A stretch of 64,000 bases of DNA from Octopus sinensis (Eukaryota). Location of the stretch: assembly GCF_006345805.1 (NCBI RefSeq), contig NC_043010.1, positions 63,364,001 through 63,428,000 on the forward strand, in the 5' to 3' direction. The notes beneath the pieces are model-generated. The model was not told the DNA's origin. It made no database searches and saw nothing but the letters and a program-made list of their open reading frames with translations. Positions 51,356 to 64,000 of the stretch are shown here, piece by piece. Numbering within the stretch: position 1 is the stretch's first letter; the number at the start of each line of letters is the position of its first letter. A program made the translations under genes and the position numbers.

Positions 51356-52641
51356 ATATATCATCATCATCATCATCCTCATTTAACATTCATTTTCCAT
51401 GCTGGCATGGGTTGGATGGTTTGACAGGGGCAGGCAAAGCCAAGAGCCATACTAGGACCCATTGTCTGTTTTGGCAGATTTTCTACAGCTGGATGCCTGT
51501 CTTCATGCCAACGGCCTTTACAGAGTGTACTGGGTGCTTTTTACGTGGCACCAACATCAAGAGGGTTACCAAGTACCTTGCAAGACAAAATATAACGTAA
51601 GGAAAGGATTAAAACCCAGGCTAATGTTCCCGTGAGGAACACCTGTGCATTCCAGTAATCTTTGAATAATTGCATAAAGGATATCCTATACACGTTTCCT
51701 AAATGTATATACATATATGAATTTATTATACTTATATTATTTATCATTAATATTAATTGTTATATTCATAAAGTATTTCCTATACTGCATATGAAACATG
51801 CGTAACATGGAACTAAAACTACACCAAACTTTCCAGTTTTTGCTTGTATGTATATATATGTATAACGAAACAGGAGATTGAAAAATATTTAAATATTTTG
51901 GTATTATCTATTCACCATTACACATGTTCCATTTACAAATAGGAGTTACAAAATTGTACATACGGTAGAAAACATGTAATATATCTTCTATCAGAAATTC
52001 TTCAGAGAGAAAAGATTTCTAATTTCATACATATGCATAAATATATATGCACAATATATATAATACACACACACACGCACGCATATATCTATACACACAC
52101 GTATTTCGCGGTCGCTTGACCTGCTAGACGCAGCAACGAAATCATCTTATCGTCTAAAACATTGAAGGCCAGATTAGATAGCATATGTTAGGGAACAGAC
52201 GAGATGGTCACATATGGAACGTGTTGGATGATAAATCTCTTCGATGAGGCTTACTTGGGGGTAATGCAAGTACGGTATAACAGCGGAGGTTATACGAAGA
52301 CGGGACAAAACAAGTGCGAAGACGAGTATTAACGAATAAGTCGACAAAGTATCCCAGGATATTGAAAAATGACATTCCTAAGCTGCTTGTCGTTCCACTT
52401 ATGACCACCACATTTTCTTTCCAGAAGCGCCACGTATTCAATGAAGTCAAAGATATCGTTTTTAAGAGGATATTTTATTTAGTTTCAGCTCACAAGCTGT
52501 GGCCATGCTGGGGCACCGCCATATAGAGATTTTATGAAGATTTTGACTGTTATTTCTAGCATATCGAGCAAGTAAGTAGAGGCTCCCTCGTTTGGATCGT
52601 GAAAATGGCGAAAAAAGGCTGAACAATTGTCATTATACATA

Positions 52642-52680
<39 letters not shown>

Positions 52681-52950
52681 CATCTCTTTATGCCATCGAC
52701 ACTATTTAAGATGAATAGAAATATCAATTAAATATAGATGTTGATATATATTGAGATATGTAGCAGAATAAAGAACGAAAGATCGGATGGAAAATAGGGG
52801 CATTCATTGCTAAACCCAAAGGATACAAACTGAAGACTGCTACTAAATGCACCACAATAGCATATGCGTGTGTATTTGTATATATGTATGCATGTATACG
52901 TGTATGTGTACACGCATTTATGCATACATATAAATATATACACACACAAT

Positions 52951-52981
<31 letters not shown>

Positions 52982-54111
52982 GCTGTGACCGGATTCCGAA
53001 GCAGGTTGCTGCCCTACGTTTAGGAAAAACTACATTTGTCACAGATAAAACATTGGATCTGCTTCAGTGAAATCGTCTTTTCTCATAGGAAAATCCATTC
53101 ATGTCTAGGATGCATCCATAGGAATATATAAATATATAGATCGAACATCAGTAAGCCACCAGTAATTTAATTTATCGACCAGCAGAAAACGAAAGGCAAT
53201 GTTGACCTCGGTGGAGTTTGAACCCAGAACGTAGAGGACTATCCTATACACTTGCCATTCTTCTGAATACAAAATACAACAATCTTTCTTAGTATATATA
53301 TATATATATATATATATTTATGTATGTATGCCTAAACTAGTGGAGCAGTAAACTGATACCGAAAATGTTGCATTTATGTTTTACAAGAAATCAGGGTCAT
53401 GTGCGTGCGTGTGTATAATATATATGCGTATATGCTTGCGTGTATGTATATATATATGTATATATTTGTATGCGTATGTCTATATATGCGTGTATGTTTG
53501 TAGTACACTCACAAGAACGGGAGATAAAGTACTCAATACATGTAACAACTGATGATTCACCCCATCCCCCTCAATAGACAGATTGTTACTACAAGCGTCT
53601 TCTCGGGCGAGTATATGAAAAGGTATACATACATATATGTGTGTGTGTATGTATGTATGTATGTATATATATGTGGTTTTACTGGGATCTCCCTTTTAAG
53701 TAGAAAGAATAGCCATAACTCTTTGACTGCTATTTCTAAATTCGGTGTGTGGCGAGGCAAATCGTTGCTAAACCCTTAATTACTTAGTATATATATATAT
53801 ATATACGTATGTATATTTGTGTGTGTGTACAGACACACAAATATATATATATATCTGTAATTTTGATCCACGAAAATTCTCCGTCAGCCAGAAATGGTAC
53901 ACGTAACAATAATGTTATTAATAAATAAAATATGTTATAGTTATAATTATCGCAAAAACAAAGTACTGCGCCATTTCTGATCTTTAAATAAATAGATTGG
54001 ATAAACAACATTTGAAATGGGCAAAAATGGAGGGGAGTGAAGAATATAGAAAATAGTCGAATGGCTTTGGGGGCATGGAACCGCTGGGAACATTTCTGAG
54101 TAAAGCACAAG

Positions 54112-54146
<35 letters not shown>

Positions 54147-55145
54147 CATATATATAACGGTGGTGCCCCAGCATGGCCGCAACTCTTGAGCTGAAACTAG
54201 AGTTAAAGTGTATATGTAAAAATGTATGTATGAACTTGTGTACGTCAATGTATGTATATTTAGTCATAGACCCACGTCTGTCAGGTGGAAAGTATAGATT
54301 TAGCAAAACAGGTTTGCAAAGGCTCCCTAAACTGGTAAGTTGTCTAGCCCCTGGTCAACCCACCCCGATCGTGTAGATCTATGATCGAAGGTATTCCAGT
54401 CATGACCATCACGTTGTCAGATTATATTATCCAGGGTGTGATTTGAGGGAGATTCGGTTACTATTTCTAAATAGGCTGACCGATCACGTAGAGAGAGAGA
54501 AATAGAGAGACAGGCTCTCTTGTTCAGCTCGTCTGAATGTTGTGAGCAAACAGAACGTGGAACAGTGATGGCTGTATTAGAAGACAACCTGTCTAAAAAT
54601 GTGAAGAATGAAAGTCGGGATATGATATAGAAATAAATAGAAGAGAGATGGTTAAGTGCGCGATCGAACATGTTTCTCGGGAAGAACAAGTGTTGTTCCC
54701 TTCTTAACGTTTATAGTAGAAGAGAAAATAGTTGTGAGAGCCGAGGGTGGCTTTCTTTCTTGTGATGTAGCGACGGAAGACACAAGTGGGGGGCGGTTAG
54801 TGGTCAGGTGCAAAATAAAATGGTGCGGGAGGGGGGCATATAGTGGCAGAGAAACGGGGTGGGAATGGGACGAGAAAGTGAGGCAAGAGGCGAGGTGTTG
54901 GTGTGGGGAGTCCTTACCTTCAGTGGATGTCTTCAGAAAGGAGATTGTCCCTCTTTCGAGCACCTCTTCTGACACAGTTGAGCACTAAACTACTTCAAAC
55001 ATACTCACATATACACACACACACACGCACGTATATATATATGTAAATATATACACATTTAGTTACCAACACAGACACACATACACAGGCCTATCTGCTG
55101 TACACACAGTAAATAGTGCATTAATACATTTCTATACAAGCGCAC

Positions 55146-55182
<37 letters not shown>

Positions 55183-55393
55183 TATATGTATTTATATATA
55201 TACGTATATATATATATATGTGTGTATATATATATGATGTATTTAATTAATACTACATACACTCACACATACATACAACTTAAGAACAATGAAACCGGTG
55301 CTATGTCACGTTGACACGTATGACATTATATCCGTACGTTGTGGAACTCGACAATGATTCGCATTTGTGTGTGAGTAAGAGAGAGTGTGCGTA

Positions 55394-55458
<65 letters not shown>

Positions 55459-55746
55459 CAAGGACAAACTTCAGGAGAAAATAACGATGAAAAATAGTTA
55501 CCGAAATACTAAACAAAGTTCACATAAATCAAAATATACATACATACAAACACATATATATTCTTTATTATAGTGGCATATATATATACAGGAATATATA
55601 TATAAGAGAGACAGAGGAAGAAATTTATATGTTAAATTATAAAATCTATTTAATGCATTTGGTCCTCTTCTTTCATTGTGTATACATACACTCATACATA
55701 CATGTATGTATGTATATATGGATGTATATATATATATATATATATA

Positions 55747-55777
<31 letters not shown>

Positions 55778-57491
55778 TATACACACACATCAACAGTCCA
55801 GATGTAGCATTTTTATTACCAATGAAAAATATGCGCATTTATTAATTTCTTTCTTCATACACGTAATCAAATCTTATCAATCCAATTTAGTCGACTTTCA
55901 AAAATTATTTTAATTAAAAGACAATATTATTACATTACTAAAAAGTGAGGGACTTATTTGTCACATAAAAAAAGCAGTCCCTACCGAATTTAAGTCCGTC
56001 TGGAAATTAATACGCCGGATTATCTCCCTTTTGTTTACATTTCCCAAGCTTTGTAATCGACTCCTTTAAAAAGTTTCTAGTAAAAAAATTGAGTAAATAA
56101 AAACCTTAGCTTCGGCTCTGTCTGTGTGTCACGTAGTTCTTTCGCTCCTTATCTCCCCCTTCCTCCTTCATTCTCACTCTCTTTCTCTTTCTCAGTCTCT
56201 TTCTATCTGTCTGCCTTTCTTTCTAGATCGGCCTGTACCTACATAATAGCGCGCACTCTACTTTCTCTCTCCCACCACGTTCGATCGACCGACCAACTGA
56301 CATCGTCTTCATCCACATCTAAACTACTCTTAATCTGCCTGCTTTTTCTTTTTCTTCTTTCTTCCTTCCTTCCTTCTCTCTCTCTCTCTCTCTCTATTTC
56401 TTCCTTCCTTCTACACTTTCTCTCTCTCTCTCACTTTTTCTTCTTTCCTTCTATACTCTCTCTCTCTCTCACTTTCTTTCTCTCTCCTTGTCTGTCCTAT
56501 ATATACTCTCTCACTCTTTCCTTCTCTCTCTCTCTCCTTGTCTGACTGTGTTGCTGTCTAAAACCACTCTCACCACTGCTGCTGCCCAGGTTGGTATTAC
56601 CGTTTCATCCATCCTCTATCCCTCTCTTGTCCCTCTCTCAAGTCTCCTATATATCTCTCTCTTACTCCCTCCTCCTCTCTTCGACCACATCTTTCTCCTT
56701 CACACCCTTTCTTTCTCCCCCTCCCCCCGAAGTCCAGTTCAAACCATTCCAGCCAACTTTGCTTGAACTGGTCACTAGACTTTTCTTCGCTCAAACTCTT
56801 CCCGCTCTCTTTAAACTTTCGGGAAGCTGAATTTTAAAATGGCAGGGAAAACCAGACAATCAAATACGAAAGAGAAAAACATTTACTACGTTTTTAGAAT
56901 ATTTTTTCTCCTTTTCTTTTCAATTTAATAATTACTTCTTTTGCGATTATTCATTATAATAATTTTTCTCTTTCTTCTTACGTGGTCTCCTGTAAATTTC
57001 GTTGTGTTTATGTATACAATCATACACATATGTATATATATCTATATTATATGGAGTTATTTATCGCCAGGTCAACCGTGTTTATATAGAGCTAGGCTGC
57101 TTTATCCCTTGTGTCTCACCATTTTAAGACAATAGCATGTGATTTGAGGGAGATGTGGCTGTTATTCACATCCAAGTCTTAAAAATGGGAAGACACATTG
57201 GATGATGTAGTTTCGAACACAAATACCGAATGATCACCAGTTTAAAACCTTTCTATCAACGATATTCAGTCAGGACAAACCTGAGATTTTATTTATATAC
57301 ACATACGCATTGTTGTTTAGCCCAGGGTAAACCCATGATCAAAGTGGTTCCAGCCGTGACCATTCCGCCTCTGTGTACCAGAATCTACATTGTCCAATGT
57401 TACATCTTTATTTAAAATGGTAGGGGATGATTTGAGAGAGATCTAGCTGCTATTTCAAAACAACCACCTACCTAGCATTTGTAATTTGCAT

Positions 57492-57527
<36 letters not shown>

Positions 57528-57799
57528 ATTTAGAATGTATAAGAGTATCGACTCATTATCCTTATCTTTTGAGGTTTGCTGGCGTGGATTTGGTGGAAAA
57601 GAGGAGTGGAAGACGTGGTAAATGAGTTAATTATATGCAGCTAATTTGTACCAGGTTGAGTAATTACATCAAAGCATGTGAACCAGGCAGTCAACCCCAT
57701 TAAATTCTTTTGTGGTCAGCTTCTCAATACTTTTTGACTTAATGACTCCGAAAACAATCAAAAGAAGTCAATAAGGAAACCGCATGTGTATGTGATTTA

Positions 57800-58202
57800 T
57801 ATATATGTATGTTTATATATATATATATATATATTGCGTGTGTTGTAAATGTACATTGAAACATGTATATACATTGTCTTATATATACCTATGAATATTT
57901 ATATATGCATATGTGGGTATATATATGTGGATATAAGAAAATCCATGCATACTAAGCTATGTGTATATATGTGTGTGTGTGTATTATGTGCGTGTGTGTA
58001 TACTCAAAGTATATTAGAACTATATATTTGTAAGCATGTATGTCGATGCTATGTGGATATATACGAATATTTATATAGACCTGTATGTATAAAGAGAAAT
58101 GTATGCATATAACAGTATGTACACGCAATCACACACAAGATAAAGGCATATATGATGTATGTATATGTATTTATATGCTTCCACGTATATATATATACAT
58201 AC

Positions 58203-58246
<44 letters not shown>

Positions 58247-58303
58247 CATATACATATATAAATTTCTCCATTTCTTTTTTATATTCATATATAATATATA
58301 TAT

Positions 58304-58337
<34 letters not shown>

Positions 58338-58731
58338 CATACGTGTGTGTATATATATACACACACATGAAGTGTTTTATTTATAGATAGGGAAATGTGG
58401 AATTTTTGAGCTGAAATGCTGTTCCCATGGAAATTAACGACTTAAATGAAGCTGCTCCGACCAGAAAGCGAAACCGGTTCATTAGTCCCTGGATGAACTG
58501 CAAAACTTATTCCAGTGGACTTCTGATCAAAGACAATCCAGCCACGACTATCCCTTCCTTTTTTTCTCTCACTCCGGACATCTACTACTGTATTGTTCCT
58601 CTTATCTTTTGTTGTTTTCAGGTAGTAGGGTATGATTTGAGGGAGGTATTGAGTGCTATGTCGAGCAGCTTATGAGACCCACAGAAGTGCCCTCATGATA
58701 CCCATATTTATTGGGAATCATCTCAATTGTG

Positions 58732-58780
<49 letters not shown>

Positions 58781-58793
58781 TTATGAATATGTA

Positions 58794-58824
<31 letters not shown>

Positions 58825-59036
58825 ACACTTATGAAAGTATGTGTATATATATATATACACTTATGAATATGTATGTGTATATATATATATATATATATAC
58901 ACACTTATGAATATGTATGTGTATATATATATATATACACACTTATGTATTATATATATATATATATATAGATATATATACACTTATGAATATGTATGTG
59001 TGTATGTAGTATATATTATATATATACTTATGAATA

Positions 59037-59069
<33 letters not shown>

Positions 59070-59150
59070 TATATACACACATATATTTGTGTGTGTGTAC
59101 ATAGTTTGTGTGTATCCATTTAACCCTACACACACACATATATATATAGA
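57800..59150. repeat. (TA)n/(TG)n-rich tracts, including repeated ACACTTATGAATATGTATGT units near 58780-59040
   Basis: Directly visible. Confidence 0.85.
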
Positions 59151-59589
59151 GACACATCACACTACATCCATACATTCCAAGGTGTCTACTCGCCAAGTCA
59201 TGCTTAATTGAAGCTAATCTCTGTAATTACATTTCGACTTGCAGTCATTGCTTCCATCCTCTCCAGCCTTTCCCTTAATTTTAAACCTAAAAGACTGCAC
59301 AAGATATATCGAAATATAATTTCGTTTCTTATCCACTTGAAACCAATCATTCTCTTTTATTCATTTTTCTATTAACTCGACGTCCGAAGATGATGATGAT
59401 GAATATTATTATTGTTATTATTATTATTATTATTGTCGTCGTTGTCATAATTTAATCATTTCATTTATTTGCAAGGTGCCAGCTTCCTCTTTTAAATGAC
59501 ACGGTAATTAATGCCACTGTGTGCGCCCTGGTTTCCTTTTCGCTTCGTTCTACACACACACACACACTCGCATTGTTACAGAAGTGTGT

Positions 59590-59633
<44 letters not shown>

Positions 59634-60449
59634 ACAAAGTGGAGTTGTAAGGTACCGCATTTTCAAACCTTCTTTCGTATATATATATATAAGAAGAATA
59701 TATGATGTGATCACGCATTTTTATTGATGCACAAATCCATGAGTTAATGGATCTCGGTCGGTTTCGACGGAGCCTATTGTCTTTCATTTATAGAATAATT
59801 GGGTGCGTACTCCTCACCCACATACATGTACCCTTAAAATAATTCTCCGGCAGAATCAGCGTGACGGGTGTAATAAGGCCGACCCTTTCAGTTACGGGTA
59901 TAGGTCCATCGGATAGACTTCTACGATCTCTTGTCTAGCGAATTTCGCTCAAAACGCTTGGGTCAACACTTGCTTAAAATGGCCTTACCGTGGGATCAAA
60001 TCCTTGGACCTCAATGATTTGTGAAGAGAGTTTCTTAAGCACTCAATGTACCCAGACACGTCCAATTTATTTAAGCTGGCCTGGGCATACACCGAGATAT
60101 ACATCTGTCGTTATAACACGCTCACACACACATGCATCCGTTATAGTACAGAGACATACACATACAGACAGGATTGCATTCATAGTGAGAGAGAGAGAGA
60201 GAGGTGGTGGTGGGGCTGCCAGACGAGGTTAATATATGATTGAATCACTCTTAATTTAGAGATAAAGAGAGAGCGGTTGGCCTTCACAGCTGGTCAGTTT
60301 GACTTCTCTCTCATATGTTGGGTCATTTAAATTACTCACGGAATCTGTTTCTCCAGACGAATCTCATTTACACTGACACCATTTCATAGTCTATATCTTC
60401 ACTCACATATGTGCATGTGTGTATATATATGTTATATATATAATATATA

Positions 60450-60499
<50 letters not shown>

Positions 60500-60502
60500 T
60501 AT

Positions 60503-60615
60503 TGGCCTGCTCGCTTAGCCAGCGGGGTGGGCGTCATTTGAAGGCTAAAACAATGCGAAGCGCATTGTGACCAGCGATGTGTAAACACATTTGATAGCCT
60601 GGTCGGTCACGGTGA
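60503..60615 (+). mobile_element. SINE tail fragment (same tail as 47283-47504)
   Basis: TGGCCTGCTCGCTTAGCCAGCGGGGTGG...GGTCGGTCACGGTGAT. Confidence 0.75.
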
Positions 60616-60669
60616 TATATATATGTAATATATATATATGTATATATTATATATTATATATGTATATAA

Positions 60670-61020
60670 TATCATCATCATCATTTAGCGTCCGTTTTCC
60701 ATGCTAGCATGGGTTGGACGGTTCTACTGGGGTCTGTGAAGCCAGAAGGCTTCATCAGGCCCAGTCAAATCTGGCAGTGTTTCTACGGCTGGATGCCCTT
60801 CCTAACGCCAACCACTCCGTGAGTGTAGTGGGTGCTTTTTACGTGCCACCCGCACTGGTGCCAGACAGAGCTGGCAAACGGCCACGAACGGATGGTGCTT
60901 TTTATGTGCCACCGGCACGAGGGCCAGCGAGGCTGGCAACGGACACGAAACGGGGCGGTTGGGGCAACGGTCGCGAAACGGAAAGTTCTCTTACATGCAC
61001 CGGCACTGGTAACACATCTG
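60670..61020. mobile_element. Family B repeat (long)
   Basis: Family B core plus subrepeats. Confidence 0.85.
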
Positions 61021-61146
61021 CAATATATATATGTATATATATATATATGTATATATATATGTATATATATATATATAATATATGTATATATATGTATATA
61101 TATATGTATATATATATGTATATATATATGTATATATATATATATG

Positions 61147-61195
<49 letters not shown>

Positions 61196-61221
61196 GTATA
61201 TATATATTGTATATATATATG

Positions 61222-61268
<47 letters not shown>

Positions 61269-61530
61269 GTATATATATGTATATATATGTATATATATAT
61301 GTATATGTATATGTATATATATATGTATATATATAGTATATGTATATATATATGTATATGTATATATATATGTATATATATATATATATGTATATATATG
61401 TATATTGTATATATGTATATATATATTATATATGTATATATATATATAATATGTATATATGTATATATATGTATATATGTAATATTATATATGTATATAT
61501 ATATATTATATGTAATATATATTATATATA
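61021..61530. repeat. Long (TA)n/(TATG)n microsatellite
   Basis: Directly visible; source of the 283-aa and 205-aa YI ORFs. Confidence 0.95.
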
Positions 61531-61674
61531 TACTCTTTTACTCTTTTACTTGTTTATATGTATAAGAAAAAAGATTTGAAAATGCAATTTAAACGATGTT
61601 TATTTACTTAACCGGTTTCACTCTTTGTAAAGATTGTCAAAAGTTACATTTAAGGAAACATTGAATAATATGGG

Positions 61675-61805
61675 TTCAAAAAAAGTTTTTTACATAATTG
61701 TCACATTGAATATTATGCATTCAAAAAAGTTTTTTCATAATTGTCACATTGGATATTATGAATTCAAAAATGTTTTTTTTTATACATAATTGTCACATTA
61801 CATGT
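61675..61805. repeat. Three tandem copies of a unit of about 44 bp (AAAAAAGTTTTTTACATAATTGTCACATTG...)
   Basis: Visible periodicity. Confidence 0.75.
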
Positions 61806-62075
61806 ATAAATATAGTGTTTGGTAACAGAGAAGTTCAATAGTGTGATGAGAATATTTGGGAAAATTTGGCAGAAAAGGATAAAACAAATATATTATTGGG
61901 AATTGGTTGCGTTAATTATTGGTTGTCGCAAATTGTCACATTACATGTTTATATACAATCTTGGTATATATATACAAGCCTTTTGACAGCAAAAATTAAA
62001 ATGGATTTTTTATACATCTCAGATATTTTTAAGTTCAAGGCGAGAATATGTTTTTACTGACCTGTCGGTATTAGC

Positions 62076-62107
<32 letters not shown>

Positions 62108-62192
62108 GTATATATATATGTATGTATATATATATGTATATATATATGTATGTATATATATATGTATATATATATATGTATATGTATATATG

Positions 62193-62227
<35 letters not shown>

Positions 62228-62568
62228 GTATATAATTCTTTAAGTTATATATAGTTAGATGGAAACTTAATGTTTCCCATATTGAGTACTGTCCTTTCTC
62301 TTTGTTTAAACTCTGCTCATCTACAGATAAATACAAATGATTTAGGAATGTATTCTGTTGTGTCTGGGGAGAGTCATTCTCTTTTAGTGCCTTGTAATTT
62401 AACACACTCACCGGTAAAATTTCCACTCATTTACTTATTTATTTAGAAATGAATTTCTATATAAATAAATAAGATTATATCAATGTATGTGTGTGTATCT
62501 GTGCATGTGTTTAAAATGTATGTATAATAAATAGTTATGTAATGAATATGTAATTAGTGTATACATAT

Positions 62569-62950
62569 GTGGCTGTCTGGTAAGTAGCTTGCTTACCAAC
62601 CACATGGTTCTAGGTTCAGTCCCACTGCATGGAACCTTGGGCAAGTGTCTTCTCGTGTCACCTCGGGCTGACCAAAGCCTTGTGAGTGGATTTGGTAGAC
62701 AGAAACTGAAAGAAGCCTATCGTAAATATATATATATATATATATGTGTGTGTGTATGTTTGTTCCCTCACCATCACTTGACAACCAATGTTGGTGTGTC
62801 TACGTCCCTGTAACTTAGCAGATTGGCAAAAGAGACCGATAGAATAAGCATTGGGTTTACAAAGAAAAAGTTCTGGGGTCGAGTTCTTCAACTTAAGGCT
62901 GTGCTCCAGCATGGCCACTATCAAATGACTGTAACAAATAAAAAGGTAAA
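62569..62950 (+). mobile_element. SINE family C
   Basis: Colinear with 13069-13451. Confidence 0.85.
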
Positions 62951-63329
62951 AGACAATATGTACTAACTTATAAATACATATATATATTTATACATACATA
63001 ATACACACAGATGTGTGTGTGTGTGTATACATAACACAATGTATAAATAATGTTCATTCATATTTTTCCTTTCTTAGAGTAAATTTAGCTTATAAATGAC
63101 CATTATTTATACCTTGTCTTATATATATATATATATCATTCTGTGTAAAAACCAGCTTGATTGGAGCCCAATTTACAATATTTAGAATTGTGAAGAACCC
63201 TAACCTTGGACCCTGCTACAGGAACCCTTGGAGTTCCTCACTAATCTGAACAATATGGTTAGCCTGGTGTGCCAACTGATAATCCCTCACTATTAGATCT
63301 GTTCATATATATATATACATTCCGAAATG

Positions 63330-64000
63330 TAACTACACGTAGACTGTTGGTAATTTTTTTTTCTCTTTCTTCCTTTTCTTTTGGGACTTCCTTATGTCTC
63401 CTGTTTCCAAAGAAGAGCTTTGCTCGAAATGTAAAACAGCCACTCTTTCTTTCCTTCTCTGAACATCTTATTAATACTTTGCATGTACCATGTCCTTGCG
63501 TTGTTGTTTTTTTTCTTGTCTTTTTTCCTTTTTATTTCTATTAATTATATATCATCATCATCATTTAACATCCAGTTTCCATACTGGCATGGATTAGACA
63601 GTTTGATTGGAACTGGTAAGCCATAGAGCTACACCAGATTCCAGTCTGAATTGGCATGGTTTCTATGGATGGATGCTCTTCCTAACACCTATATATATAT
63701 ATAACTACATGTGGATTGTTGGCAATTTTTGTTTTCCTCCGTCTTCCTTTTCTGTTGGACTTTCCTCTGTCTCCTGTTTCTGAAGAAGAGCTTTGCTCAA
63801 AATGTAAAACAGCCACTCTTTCTTTCCTTCTCTGAACATCTTATTAATACTTTGCATGTACCATGTCCTTACATTGTTGTTTTTATTCTTGTCTTTTTTC
63901 CCTTTTTTTTCTATTAATTATATATCATCATCATCATTGTCATCATCATTTAACATCCAGTTTCCATACTGGCATGGATTAGACAGTTTGATTGGAACTG
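63330..64000. repeat. Diverged tandem duplication with a unit of about 372 bp; each unit has a minimal hammerhead-like motif and a family B fragment; runs off the window
   Basis: 63330-63701 repeats from 63702 onward. Confidence 0.85.

Noticed and set aside
56838-56940. Plus-strand ATG in a good context (AAAATGG) after a CT-rich tract: MAGKTRQSNTKEKN...
   Set aside because: The frame is only about 33 codons, with no convincing donor site and no recognizable homology.
5812-63000. Dozens of YI/CV/HT-repeat ORFs in the supplied track (for example 12557-13069 and 60714-61565)
   Set aside because: They are translations of (TA)n/(TG)n/(CA)n microsatellites and SINE interiors, with no domain content.

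Overview
This is AT-rich, repeat-saturated eukaryotic genomic DNA. The SINE repertoire, the abundant (TA)n/(TACA)n/(GA)n/(GAT)n tracts and the single-exon tandem C2H2 gene suggest an octopus or other coleoid cephalopod (inference, not a database match). Only one protein-coding gene is well supported: a minus-strand 624-aa C2H2 zinc-finger ORF (43416-45290) with 10 intact fingers and a run of 62 Gln. The rest consists of several SINE families, decayed RTE- and CR1/L2-type LINE fragments, mariner-, hAT-, piggyBac- and Helitron/Helentron-type non-autonomous elements, a 5S rRNA pseudogene, long foldback inverted repeats, a minisatellite and two tandem duplications. The most notable signal is a set of type I hammerhead ribozyme motifs of the Penelope-like/retrozyme kind. 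One has an intact core (42792-42895, minus strand), sits between 135-bp inverted repeats, and lies in sense orientation about 520 nt downstream of the zinc-finger stop codon. Most short ORFs in the supplied track are microsatellite or SINE artefacts. Repeat boundaries were read by eye and are approximate; family names are my own working labels.
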